A stretch of DNA of 63,262 bases, the filler included, from Octopus bimaculoides (lineage: Eukaryota), in assembly GCF_001194135.2 (NCBI RefSeq). It is 6 parts of 5 records of this genome, joined end to end, with 100 filler letters (N's around TTAATTAATTAA, not from the genome) between each part and the next. Parts side by side here need not be neighbours in the genome. Positions count along the whole stretch, not along the records: positions 1 to 26,319 come from NC_068981.1; 5 more parts are not named here. The stretch is one strand, 5' to 3'. This document shows, one piece after another, positions 1-11,850 of the stretch (the first letter of the stretch is position 1; each line of letters starts with the position of its first letter). A program made the position numbers and the translations under genes. A model generated the notes under the pieces. That model made no database searches, was not told the DNA's origin, and saw only the letters and a program-made list of their open reading frames with translations.

Positions 1-270
1 TAATGACATAATTACCTCGTGCTATGGATGAAAACAAAGCAACAGTTAAGGAGTGGCATATTTTACCACGACAGACACGTACACAGCATCGAATACCACG
101 ATGTGAGTGAAAGCCGCTCTCACTGTATTGTCCAGTGTCTGGTAATCCCTTCAATACCAACATCAAACCAAAAAAAGAATCCTGACCACAGAGTGTGGGT
201 AATTATGTCAAAGGTCACTGGCAATGTGCATTCAGCTGATTGCAACTGTTAAAGCAAGTCACTGAGCATG
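1..270 (+). pseudogene. Relic of a SWIM-zinc-finger/YqaJ-type transposon gene (ISL2EU-like)
   Basis: FYHDRHVHSIEYHDVSESRSHCIVQCLVIPS...HRVWVIMSKVTGNVHSADCNC* resembles the conserved segment preceding the SWIM CxC motif; stop immediately after CNC. Confidence 0.5.
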
Positions 271-2151
271 CGTACATGTCATACGGGAGAGTTCCAATCA
301 GGGGTGGATAACAACCTTATAGGAACCCCCTATAAATAGTGGTTCCAAAATTTGGCACAAGGCCAGCTACTCTGGCAGAGGGGCTTAGGTGACTACATCA
401 ACTCAAGAACTCAACTGGTAGTTATTTTATCAATCTCAAAAGGATGAAAGGCAAAGTCAACCTTGGTGGAATTTAAACTCAGAATGTAAATACGTTTTGC
501 CTGGCACACTAATAATTCTGCGAGCTTGCTGCCTTGATGTGTAGATACAAATATTAATAAATGATTCATCTCTAATGATGAAGTTAATTGCTTGAAAAAT
601 CAACTATTATAATTAACAATAATTATAATTACTAGCAACTCATCTGAGATATTTAAATATTCAATGATAAGAGATGATTTAATTAATTATTTCTTTTACT
701 TTATTTTTTAATTATTTCATTTTATAATAATAATAATGCTATCTTTTTAGTTAAAATTCCTGGCTACTGGGAAATGGTTTTCCAGCAAGACAATAATATT
801 TTTTATGATTACAGTAACCAGCATGACCACAGCCAACTGGTTAAGAAAAGAATTAATTTATCCAAAGTAAGAACATCATGAAAGATTCTCTAAAAGACAG
901 TTCTGGAATGAAAGAGAGCCATAAATATAGCCGAATTCCAATACACAAAAGTGCCATAAAATATATTTATATTTCCTCATGTTAGTTAGATTTTTTAAAT
1001 AGTAGCAGATTTGTCTTAAAATAAATTTGGTCTGCTACATGTCGAAATTTCTTTTTTTATTTTAAAAAATATTTTAAAATAATTTCTGAAATTAAGTTTA
1101 ATCATTTTGTTTTAAAAAACGTGAAACTGTGAATTCTGAGGAAAAGTAGTGATGGTCTGCATCGATAAACAGTTAAAGTACAAAATGTTTACAACATGGA
1201 ATAAATTAATTTGTCGTGTGAAAGAGACAAAGTTGAATGATTTGAACAGGACCTTTCCTAAATTAATTTGAAAAGAACTGTTTGGTGTGGTGGTGGTGGT
1301 GGTGATGGTGGTGCTGTGGGCCAATAGGTTTGGAGAAATCTTTTACTTTCAAGAAAACGTAACAATAACAGATTGTTTGTATTAAATGACTTAGGTGCGA
1401 AATGAAAAGGAATGGATGTTTCAACTTCACTGACAACAAGAGTGAGAAATCGCTCTGTTCAGTATCAAGCATTAACCCTTTAAACAAGCTGTGTCTGGCC
1501 CAAATACTCTACCTGTTTTAGGTTCATTGTACAGTAAGTGTGCGAGGCCAGATCCAGCTTCTCACACCTACCCTGCGATGTCATTCTAAAAATAAACTCA
1601 CGTCATTGAAATCTCGAAGCTACGAGACAGTGCATGATTAATCGAAAACAATGTGAATAAATAAGCATCGCATTTGACTGAATGACCCGAATGCTGAAGA
1701 ATTAAAAGTTATTCTGGTTTCAATCACTAAAAGATTTAGTCAATAACAAACCTTGATTTACAGACAGGAAAAAGGGTACACTTTTCAATGCTAGCCAAAT
1801 TGTAGTCATGAACCGAGCAGAAAGATTTTACAGTAGCTGTCATAGCCTTCCCTGATCAGAAGAAAACTGATAGAGTCCTACCTTATTAGTACGACACTCA
1901 TCAGCTGTATAACAAATATAGTCTTGAAATAAATATACATCAAAGCCTGTGATATAAAAATGCTCAAGGAAAAACATAAAGGAAAAAATCACTCTCACTG
2001 CCACCACCACCAAACACAAAACAAACAAACTGAATTCCTTATAAGACAATCTGTTTGTTTATGTTTGACTTTTTTGTGCAGTTTTCTTGTTTTCTCTTTA
2101 ACAAAAGAACAAAAGGATTGCAGAAATATATATAACAAAAATGATTGCAGT

Positions 2152-2230
2152 TAATCTTATATATATATATATACACATATATATATATACACTTGGAAAT
2201 GGATGCGTCGTGTTCAATTAAATAATAAAT

Positions 2231-2272
<42 letters not shown>

Positions 2273-2282
2273 ATATACATAC

Positions 2283-2340
<58 letters not shown>

Positions 2341-2363
2341 CACATACACATATATATACACAT

Positions 2364-2415
<52 letters not shown>
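2152..2415. repeat. (TA)n-rich compound microsatellite downstream of the KLHDC8 stop
   Basis: Visible dinucleotide runs. Confidence 0.95.
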
Positions 2416-2416
<1 letters not shown>

Positions 2417-2612
2417 TGTGTGTATGTGACGTAATTAAAAATGTGCATTATTCGTTAATATAGTACAGTACAAAAGTTGATATTGCACAAAATTTTTAAA
2501 ATAATAAAAACTTACTTAATGCAAATGCATTGGTGAAACCGTTTTAAGAACTAAGTCCGTTTGTTGGATCATTGTATGCAGCAGAGAGTAATTAAATAAA
2601 ATGCGTTCCCAA

Positions 2613-2803
2613 TTAATTAAGTCCAATGGACTCCATACACCCACTGTTACCTTGTAAAGACAAGCCACCAATGATATAAAGCCGCCCTTCGTACATAGTA
2701 TAAGCACATGAACTATGTGAGCTTGGAATATCCGAGAGAGTCGACCAGGTGCCGCTTGTAGGGTCATAACATTCCACAACACTCAAAGGTCGACCCAAAT
2801 TTC
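2613..2803 (-). CDS. KLHDC8: KLHDC8-like terminal coding exon ((G)NLGRPLSVVECYD...MESIGLN*; 191 nt)
   Basis: Acceptor tcttttctcag, TAA at 2615-2613; the five exons sum to 1026 nt = 341 aa + stop. Confidence 0.93.
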
Positions 2804-3557
2804 CTGAGAAAAGATAGAAGGAAAAAACAAAAAAACAATTGACAATCAGGTAAAATTCCTTATTCATTTATTTTTTTAGTTGAATTAGTCAGTCATTGAT
2901 TTGCTGCTATGCTGGGGTAACACTACCTTGAAGAGATTAGCCCAGTTGCAGGCAAACTGTGACTTGTGGGACTTTCTAAATGGCATGTCTAACAAAAAAT
3001 TTACTGAGAATTTTTTTTTAGTAGCGAGGTTCACCTGTTAACGAGCCAGGTCTGATGTGGCCAGCTTTCAATAAAAGTTGGTCGTACCTGGTTTAGCCTA
3101 TCAAATAAATCTCAGTATTTATTTTAAATCTAGTACATATTTTATTAGTCACTTTCAGTTGAACTGCTATGTTATGGCTGACATAAATAAACACCTGTTG
3201 GCAAGCAGTTACAGACAATTACAAAACACACACACAATTTTCTACCAAATTCAACTCACAAGGCATTCGTTGATCTGGGACTATAGGATACTTGGCCAAG
3301 GTGCTGTTCAGGGGGACTGAACCTAAAATCATGTGGTTGCAAAGTGTACTTCACCACACAGCTATAGCTATGTGATGAAAAAAAAAAAATGTAAATGGCA
3401 TTTAATGTAGAAAGCACACTTGGGTTATAAAACAAATATTTAAAAATATCTCTGTAGCATGCTTAATGTGAATACATAGATGAAAGGCAAATTTACTACT
3501 GTATTTGTCCAGAGATAACATCTCTTACAGATGTGCTGTGTTTAAAATCACAATATA

Positions 3558-3769
3558 CAGGGTGTCCACAAAGTCTGGGTACATGGGGATTAACACATAT
3601 TTTAAGAAATTATTATTTCTTATATTTAATTGTTTATGTTATGATTTTATTCACTCCATGTGCCCACTTGGGGATTAACACATACCTTAAGAAATTATTA
3701 TTTCTTATATTTAATTGTTTATGTTATTATTTTATTTACTTCATGTACCCAGACTTCGTGGACACCCTG
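3558..3769. mobile_element. Tc1/mariner-type MITE, 212 bp
   Basis: 28-bp TIRs CAGGGTGTCCAC(A/G)AAGTCTGGGTACATG with 1 mismatch, TA on both flanks, internal 85-bp tandem duplication. Confidence 0.9.
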
Positions 3770-4258
3770 TATAACACAATGCTCATTATTTAATGTCCAT
3801 TATCTATGCTGGCATGGGTTGGAAGGTTTGACCAGCACTGGCAGGCTGGGGGACTGCACCGGCTCCAGTCTTATTTGGCATGGTTTCTACAGCAGGATGC
3901 CCTTCCTCATGCCAACCACTTTACAGAGTGGTGCTGGATGCTTTTACATGGCAACAGCACAAATGCTTTTTATGTGGCACTGGCACAAGACTCTAGCAGG
4001 CTAATCCTCTTTGCCAGTGCCAGGGGGAGCGGCCTTAACACTTCAGCTGTGGAGTATAGGGGTCTTCTTGAGTAACAATATGGGCAGCTATTTGCAATAC
4101 GAATAAATGTTTTTCACTGTTTTCCTATACATAAAAGGTAACAAATCTCATTCAACCATGTGGTTGGATGTGAGTACATGCCATTCTTAGAGCCCAAAGA
4201 AGCTGAAATTCATCTAGCACTCTCAATGGCAACTGCTGGAACAATTTTCTTTTACGCT

Positions 4259-4440
4259 AGGCGAAATGCTTAACGGTATTTCGTCTGTCTTTATGTTCTG
4301 AGTTCAAATTCTGCCGAGGGTCGACTTTGCCTTTCATCCTTTCGGGGTCGATAAATTGAGTACCAGTTGCATACTGGGGTCGATCAAGTCGGCTGGCCCC
4401 CTCCCCAAAAATTTTGGGCCTTGTACCTAGAGTAGAAAAG
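4259..4440 (+). mobile_element. SINE family A (GAGTTCAAATTC.GCCGAGGTCGACTTTGCC core)
   Basis: One of more than 12 dispersed copies, e.g. 7851-7997, 10410-10590, 25251-25440, 31291-31490; minus-strand 340-535, 18890-19085, 60925-61095, 61210-61405. Confidence 0.85.
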
Positions 4441-4769
4441 AATTTTCTTCTTTCTCTGATATATATTGTTTTGAAACACAGCATGTCCATAACAGATGTT
4501 ATCTCTCGATGATTACAGCAGTAAATTTGCCTTTCAACCATGTATTTACATTAAGTATGATACATAGAAGGCTATTTTAATCTAATACTAATTCTATTGT
4601 ATATAACCCAGCAGCTCAGTGAAAGAAACCAACAGAATAAGTACCAGACTTATAAAATAAGTACTGGGTTGATTTGTTTGATTAAACCCTTCGAGATGCT
4701 GCCCCAGTTTGAACATAACCACAGTCCAATGACTGAAACAAGTAAAAAACAATCCATTAAAGTACTTAC

Positions 4770-4862
4770 CAAATCCTCCAGCACATACAATTTTTCCAGC
4801 AATCATACCAATTGCAAAATCCCCTCGTTTAGTAGGCATTGGTGGACAGGTCACCCAACTAT
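4770..4862 (-). CDS. KLHDC8: KLHDC8-like coding exon 4 ((N)SWVTCPPMPTKRGDFAIGMIAGKIVCAGGF; 93 nt, phase 1/1)
   Basis: Acceptor ttattcacag, donor G|GTAAGT, frame continuous, kelch motif (KR.DF...GG). Confidence 0.92.
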
Positions 4863-5444
4863 CTGTGAATAATTACATAAGAACATGAATCAGTGGATGC
4901 TCATTGATTCTACAAACCGAGACACCCATATCTGTCCCTGCTATACTTTAAATCTCTCAACTGGTACAAAGTCACACCCTTTCAATACTACCCCATCTCC
5001 CAGTTGAGTGGTTTTTTTTCATTCTGATCTGTTAGTAATTACTACAATACACAATGAGGCCTGCCAAAACAGTAACACAAACCTTGACCTAGTTAAATGG
5101 AACCCAGACTTTGGACAGCAATGGGTGTGAAACCAAGGACAACAGTTCAAGCTTACAAACAGATCAGATTTCAGTTTCAAAAACAACCTCTCCCTACCAC
5201 CCACTGAACCCTAACTAACAAACAACTAACTGCATTCAGTTCGCTTTGAAACTAGCCAAATGGACAGAGCCTGAAGATGCTGCACAGTAAATCATGCCCA
5301 GTTGCATGTGTAACTGCCCATACTTTGTGTGGAAATATGTAGGTCATAACAACCATAAAAATATGCTGTATGAAATTATAAAATAAGGGGAAATAAATCT
5401 TGAGGATGAACAAGTGCCCATAGTCTATATTATTATAATTATTG

Positions 5445-5488
<44 letters not shown>

Positions 5489-6759
5489 NNNNNNNNNNNN
5501 NNNNNNNNNNNNNNNNNNNNNNNNNNNNNNNNNNNNNNNNNNNNNNNNNNNNNNNNNNNNNNNNNNNNNNNNNNNNNNNNNNNNNNNNNNNNNNNNNNNN
5601 NNNNNNNNNNNNNNNNNNNNNNNNNNNNNNNNNNNNNNNNNNNNNNNNNNNNNNNNNNNNNNNNNNNNNNNNNNNNNNNNNNNNNNNNNNNNNNNNNNNN
5701 NNNNNNNNNNNNNNNNNNNNNNNNNNNNNNNNNNNNNNNNNNNNNNNNNNNNNNNNNNNNNNNNNNNNNNNNNNNNNNNNNNNNNNNNNNNNNNNNNNNN
5801 NNNNNNNNNNNNNNNNNNNNNNNNNNNNNNNNNNNNNNNNNNNNNNNNNNNNNNNNNNNNNNNNNNNNNNNNNNNNNNNNNNNNNNNNNNNNNNNNNNNN
5901 NNNNNNNNNNNNNNNNNNNNNNNNNNNNNNNNNNNNNNNNNNNNNNNNNNNNNNNNNNNNNNNNNNNNNNNNNNNNNNNNNNNNNNNNNNNNNNNNNNNN
6001 NNNNNATTTTTAATTTATTTATGTGTTTCAGCCAAGTGGCTGCGGTCATGCTGGTGCATATATATATATTTCAAAAGTTAGACATCAAAGCGAAAAATAG
6101 ATAAAAAATGGATGAAAACACAACAGACAGAAAAGGGAGACAAAAACACCAATACAAGGAACATTAACAACTGATTTTTTCATCAATTGGTTTTATGCTA
6201 TTTAAAACCAAATATATATATATATAGTAATGACTTTTTGCCAACATAATGTGGCAGTCTCAGGATGGAACGAATGTTACTGTTATTTAGCCTCAGGAAA
6301 CATCGTTTCCAGCTGGCTATACGACACAAAAAATTTCGTGTCCTCATGTTTCCGAACAGGGAAGATCAGCACCTCCACCCAGCACAACCTCGCATCCATA
6401 GACAGGTTTCTGGGTTATTGCCCTTTATTTTTTGTGTTGTATAGCCATCTGGCAACGCTGTTTCCTGAGGCTAAATAACAGTAACATTCATCCCGTCCTA
6501 GGACTGCCACATTATGTTGGCAAAATGTTATTACTTTATGGTGCTGCTACTGTATATCTCTCTGAGAGATTTAGAATCTCTCTTTCCTTTCCTGAGCGTC
6601 CAATAATACTATCCATATCACGTCCTCACTTTGTTGTTTTTTTGTTTTTTTGTTATTGTTGTTTTGAACTATATATATATATATATATATAATAGAGATA
6701 TTAATATTTCTAAGTCTCTCTAAAGGAGACTACGGCAGCGGTACTGGAAATTAATAATT

Positions 6760-7080
6760 ATTGCCAAGCCAACATGGCAGTCCCAAATATAGGACTAATG
6801 CTGCTGTGGATTAGCTCCAAGAGGCCATCGCCTCTAGCTAGCTATGTGACACACAAATCTGTGTCCTTTATAACCTTCGAACAGGGGAGGTCAGCAGCTT
6901 CCCCTTGCTGGTTTGGCATCTGCAGACTAGACTAGTTTCAGAGTGTCTAGCCTAGTCTGCAGATGCCAAACCAGCAAGGGGAAGCTGCTGACCTCCCCTG
7001 TTCGAAGGTTATAAAGGACACAGAGCTAATCCACGGCAGCATTAGTCCTATATTTGGGACTGCCATGTTGGCTTGGCGAT
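6760..7080. repeat. Long near-perfect inverted repeat (foldback) in a KLHDC8 intron
   Basis: 6859-6930 pairs perfectly with 6952-7023 (72 bp); 6763-6816 pairs with 7024-7077 (54 bp, 1 mismatch); 21-nt loop; 42-nt bulge on the left arm. Confidence 0.95.
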
Positions 7081-7105
7081 ATATATATATATATATATAT
7101 AGTAA

Positions 7106-7470
7106 AGGCACATGGCTCAGTGGTTAGAGCCTTGAGCTTATGATCGTGAGGTTGTGAGTTCGATTCCTGGACTAGGCTGTGTGTTGTGTTCTTGAGCAAG
7201 ACACTTTATTTCACATTGCTCCAGTTCACTCAGCTGTAGAAATGAGTTGCGACATCACTGGTGCCAAGCTCTAGTGGCCCCTTTGCCTCTCCCTTGGATA
7301 ACATCGGTGGCATGGAAAGGGGAGGCTGGTATGCACAGGCGACTGCTGGTCTTCCATAAAGACACCCCCAGGCTGTGTGTTCGCCAATGAGGCAACTTTC
7401 TTCCCAGACTTGTATCCCAGAGGGGAACCTCTTAGGTGAACCCATGGCCATTCGTGACCGACGGAGTCTA
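7106..7470 (+). mobile_element. SINE family C
   Basis: GGCACATGGCTCAGTGGTTAG head, GTTCGATTCC B-box-like motif; similar to 55497-55863. Confidence 0.85.
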
Positions 7471-7522
7471 TCAAATATATAGCAAAATACAGAAAAATTA
7501 GGACATGCCATAAAGGACTTAC

Positions 7523-7729
7523 TTTCTACAATGTTATAACATTCCAAGATATTTGAGAATCCATCCTCTGCTTTTTGATTTAATCCTCCAACACTGAAAA
7601 TATGCATGTCATCAGTAACATACATAGCAAAGACTCGCTTTGAGGGGATATTTGGTAAAGTTTCCCATTCATTCGAAGAGAAGTCAAACTTTTCAAAGAC
7701 ATCGACTGGAAGTTTACCTTGCCGTCCAC
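7523..7729 (-). CDS. KLHDC8: KLHDC8-like coding exon 3 ((G)GRQGKLPVDVFEKFD...LECYNIVE; 207 nt, phase 1/1)
   Basis: Acceptor tttcttaacag, donor A|GTAAGT; GGRQGKLPV is identical to the recalled KLHDC8A/B motif. Confidence 0.94.
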
Positions 7730-8353
7730 CTGTTAAGAAAACAAAATAAAACAATTTTATTCATATTATACAAAAGATATCAATGGCAAGCTGGGAAAAT
7801 CATTAGCAAGTTGGACAAAAATGATTAGTGGCATTCTCCTGATTCATTAGATTCTGAGTTCAAATTCTGCCGAGGTCGACTTTGCCTTTCATCCTTTTGG
7901 GGTCAATAAATTAAGTACCAGTCAAGTACTGATGTCGACGTGATTGACTTATCTCCACCCCCAAAATTTCAGGCCTTATGCCTACAGTAGAAAGGATTAT
8001 TATCTCTGACCCCATTCTTTTTTTTTTAATTGTAAAGGTAATTTATGGATACCCTGTATATGCTACAGAATCTAGGAAACCATCGTAACAAGCCCTTGGC
8101 ATGAGAAGGACCTTAAAATTTATTTTTTTTTGTTCATTAATTGTAATTATCTTGGCCTTTGGTCATCGGTCTACTAAATGAAGACCAACCTGGGGCTGAA
8201 CAACAACAATACATACACACAAACTCTCTCGCTCTCTCTCTCACACACACACAAACAAACACGACCACCACACACACACACTCTTAAAAGGTTTAATAAA
8301 GTAAAAACACAAATCTGATAACATGGTTGGCTGCTGACCAATTCCAGACTTAC

Positions 8354-8518
8354 CTATTACATAGAGTTGGTTATCTACAAGAAAGGAGAAAGTTGCATAG
8401 CGTTCGGTGGGCATCGGTGGTAAGCTTTTCCAGACATTTTTCTCCACATCGTAAGACATGAAATAGTTACGAGGGTTTCCATCTGCTGCCATACCGCCAA
8501 CAACAATTACATTACCAT
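8354..8518 (-). CDS. KLHDC8: KLHDC8-like coding exon 2 ((D)GNVIVVGGMAADGNPRN...NQLYVI; 165 nt, phase 1/1)
   Basis: Acceptor ttcaacatacag, donor G|GTAAGT, in frame with exon 1, kelch repeat sequence. Confidence 0.93.
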
Positions 8519-9089
8519 CTGTATGTTGAAAAATAAAAATGAACAGAGCAGGTTTCATAACATCAATCTCTAAGATTTGGTTTCTATGGAAATATAATAT
8601 TCTACACACACACACACACACAGATACAATAGCTAAATTATTTTTTCTAAACCTATTTAAAATTTTATATTTTGGAAAGGCACAAGCATGGCTGTGTGGT
8701 TAACAAGCTTGCTTCACAATCATGTGATCTTGGTTTCAATCTCACTGTGCAGCACCTGGGGCAAACATCTACTTTAGCCCCAGGCTTGTGAGTGGATTTT
8801 CTTTCTTTCTTCTTTAACATTTAATGTCTATTTTTCATGCAGGAATGGGTCGGACAGTTTGACAGAAGCTGGCATGGCCAGGGGCTGCACCAGGTTCCAT
8901 AGTATGTTTTGGCAGAGTTTCTTTCTACAGCTGGGTGCCCTTCTTAATGCCAACCACTTTACAGAGTGAACCGAGTGCTTTCTATGTTGAACCAGCAACA
9001 GTGCATTTTACGTGGCACTAACACTGGTGCTTTTTACATGGCACCTGCATCAAAAGCAACTGAAAGAAGCTCATCATATAAGTATGTAT

Positions 9090-9442
9090 ATGTGGAGGCG
9101 CAATGACCCAGTGGTTAGGGCAGTGGACTCGCGGTCATAGGATCGCGGTTTCGATTCCCAGACTGGGCGTTGTGAATGTTTATTGAGTGAAAACACCTAA
9201 AGCTCCACGAGGCTCCGGCAGGGGATGGTGGCGAACCCTGCTGTACTCTTTCACCACAACTTTCTCTCACTCTAACTTCCTGTTTCTTTTGTACCCGTAA
9301 TTCAAAGGGCCAGCCTTGTCACACTGTGTCACGCTGAATATCCCCCGGAGAACTACGTTAAGTGTACACGTGTCTGTGGAGTGCTCAGCCACTTGCACGT
9401 TAATTTCACGAGCAGGCTGTTCCGTTGATCGGATCAACAACA
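9090..9442 (+). mobile_element. SINE family B, 3'-shortened copy with TSD
   Basis: tRNA-like head; flanked by AAGTATGTAT (9080-89 and 9443-52). Confidence 0.88.
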
Positions 9443-10714
9443 AAGTATGTATGTATGTATGTATGTGTGTAGCCATGTCTCGATACGATTTGATGGTTGT
9501 AAATGAGTGTGACCATCATACAAGCGATGCTGTTCATTTCCTGTCTTCCATGCTGAAATATTACCGTGCTTGGAAACAGGCAAGTGTTGGTGACAGGAAG
9601 GACATCCAACCATAGTAAATCTACCACAACAAATTCCATGTGACTCATGAAAGCATAGAAAAGCGAACATTAAATGATGGTAATGATGAAAGAATAATAT
9701 ACATTAAAACAACGGTCTACATACACATACAAATATACATTAATTTAATATTTGTATCTTCCATGCTGGCAAGGAACGGACAGTTTGACAAGATCTAACA
9801 AACTGGTGTTGTAATGAATGACCGGTAGAGCGGAAATGGCTCGAGACTGGGTGTCACTGCCAAGTCTAATGTCTCGGAGGTGCTTCGCGAACCGGCCAGC
9901 CAAGCAGCATCCTGTTTGACTGATGTACAGAGAAGGACAGAAAGAGCAGGAGATGCAGTAAATGCATATTTATATATATATATATATAGACCATAGAATG
10001 ACAACTCCAGGCATGTTCACTGCAGAGTGAAAACTTTAAATATGTTTGCTGTAGAGTAAAAACTTAAGATACGATCAGTGTGGAGTGAAAATGCTAGGCA
10101 TGATCACTCCACAATAACAACTGTAGAGTGAAAAGTTATAAATTTTGTCATCATCATCATTTAACATCTGCCTTCCATGCTGGCATGGGTTGGACTGCCA
10201 ATGCTTATCAAATCATCATCACTATGTAAATTACAAAACGCTTATAAAATGGTAAACTTAATTCAGTGGACATATAATAAATATAACAGGTTTTGTGAGA
10301 ATTTTGTTAAAAATTGGAATTGTAATAATTTACAGCCTGATCATATTTTCTCATTAATTTTTATTTTAATGCTTATCAATTATTTCCAGGGTGAACTGTA
10401 AGAATTGTTAACACATTGAGCAAAATGCTTCATTCTTCTTTAAGTTCTGAGTTCAAACTTCAAGTTTGACTTGGCCTTTCAGCCTTTCGGGGTCAATAAA
10501 TTAAATACCAGTTGAGCACTGGGGTTGATGTAATTGACTAGCCCCCTCCCCCAAAATTGCAGGCCTTGTACCAAAATTTGAAACCAATTATTTCCACGAA
10601 ACAAAGTACCATATTTAATAGCATATTAGATGCATTTCCTCTCCAAATACATATTTCAAAAACTCACCCTGGGTCCTATGCGATAATTTTGTCCCCGACT
10701 CTTTTCCTGAATAT

Positions 10715-11025
10715 CATCATCATCATCATCATCGTTTAACGTCCGCTTTCCATGCTAGCATGGGTTGGACGATTTGACTGAGGACTGGTGAAACCAGATG
10801 GCAACACCAGGCTCCAATCTGATTTGGCAGAGTTTCTACAGCTGGATGCCCTCCCTGACGCCAACCACTCAGAGAGTGTAGTGGGTGCTTTTACGTGTCA
10901 CCCGCACGAAGGCCAGTCAGGCGATACTGGCAACGGCCACACTCAAAATGGTGCATTTTATGTGCCACCCGCACAAGAGCCAGTCCAGGGGCACTGGCAA
11001 CGATCTCGCTCGAAAATCCTACGAA
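10715..11025 (-). mobile_element. SINE-like family E copy in a KLHDC8 intron
   Basis: (ATC)n followed by GTTTAACGTCCGCTTTCCATGCTAGCATGGGTTGG; reverse complement of the 21520-21808 copy. Confidence 0.82.
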
Positions 11026-11136
11026 TGGGATGAGTCTAACATGCTTATACATTTTTTAAAAATAAAAATAAAATATGGTATATTTACATGCACGTGATAA
11101 TTTTAGCGAAAGGTTAAAGAGAAACAAAATTCTTAC

Positions 11137-11506
11137 CGTGAACAGTTGCTGGAACTCCAAGCAAGCTTTCCCTCATGCTCTCTCCAACAGTCCATTCATT
11201 TGTATCAGTATCAAAGATCTCAACTGAATCAAGAGGCTTTTGAGTCTCAGACACACCACCAAGCACAATGATTTTCTTTCCAACAGCGACAGCGGCAGCA
11301 CCTGCTCTTTTAGTTGGAATGCCAGGGAAGGTTGTCCATGTATTGGCTTTCAAGTCATACATCTCAAAGTTAGCTAGTGGCTTGCCACACATATCACAAC
11401 CTCCAATGACGTATAACTTGTCATTAAGAATAACAGGAGTTGCAAATACACGTTTTGATGGCATCGGGAGATGGATTTCCCATTGTCTTGGTTCTGTAGC
11501 TGCCAT
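11137..11506 (-). CDS. KLHDC8: Kelch domain-containing protein 8-like, coding exon 1 (MAATEPRQWEIHLP...GVPATVH; 370 nt)
   Basis: ATG at 11506; kelch GG..Y..W motifs; RAGAAAVAVGKKIIVLGGV matches recalled KLHDC8B RAGAAAVVLGKQVLVVGGV; donor G|GTAAGA (intron starts 11136); upstream acceptor tttgcag gives 25 nt of 5'UTR (exon starts 11531). Confidence 0.93.
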
Positions 11507-11629
11507 GATTTATAAACAACAAACTAAATACCTGCAAACAACAACAGGAAATATAACAGAAGTCATATAAAAATAGTCACCACAGGAGTTACACAACAGC
11601 CACCATTCATTATGATTTAAACTGCTTAA

Positions 11630-11850
11630 CCCTTTTGTTACCAACCCAGCTGAAACTGGCTCTGGTTCTTTGGTACAAATGTCTTGTTTTCATAAGTCTT
11701 GAATTAAAATCTTCCACCAAATCTTAGTCACAATTTATGTTCCTAACACTAACTCAATGATAATGATGTTATTTTACTAAATTCTTTGTTATATTTAAAA
11801 TAATTGGAAGAAACACAGAGCATCTCAACAGAAATACAGTAATGAAAGGG
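11630..11850. mobile_element. piggyBac-type MITE, 221 bp
   Basis: TTAA on both flanks; ends CCCTTTTGTTAC / GTAATGAAAGGG. Confidence 0.8.

Noticed and set aside
1056-1061. Minus-strand AATAAA as the KLHDC8 poly(A) signal
   Set aside because: Many such hexamers occur in this AT-rich sequence; cannot be chosen without 3'-end data.
7230-7522. C-terminal part of the 174-aa ORF 7230-7754
   Set aside because: Read-through past the GTAAGT donor at 7522 into intron and SINE C sequence.
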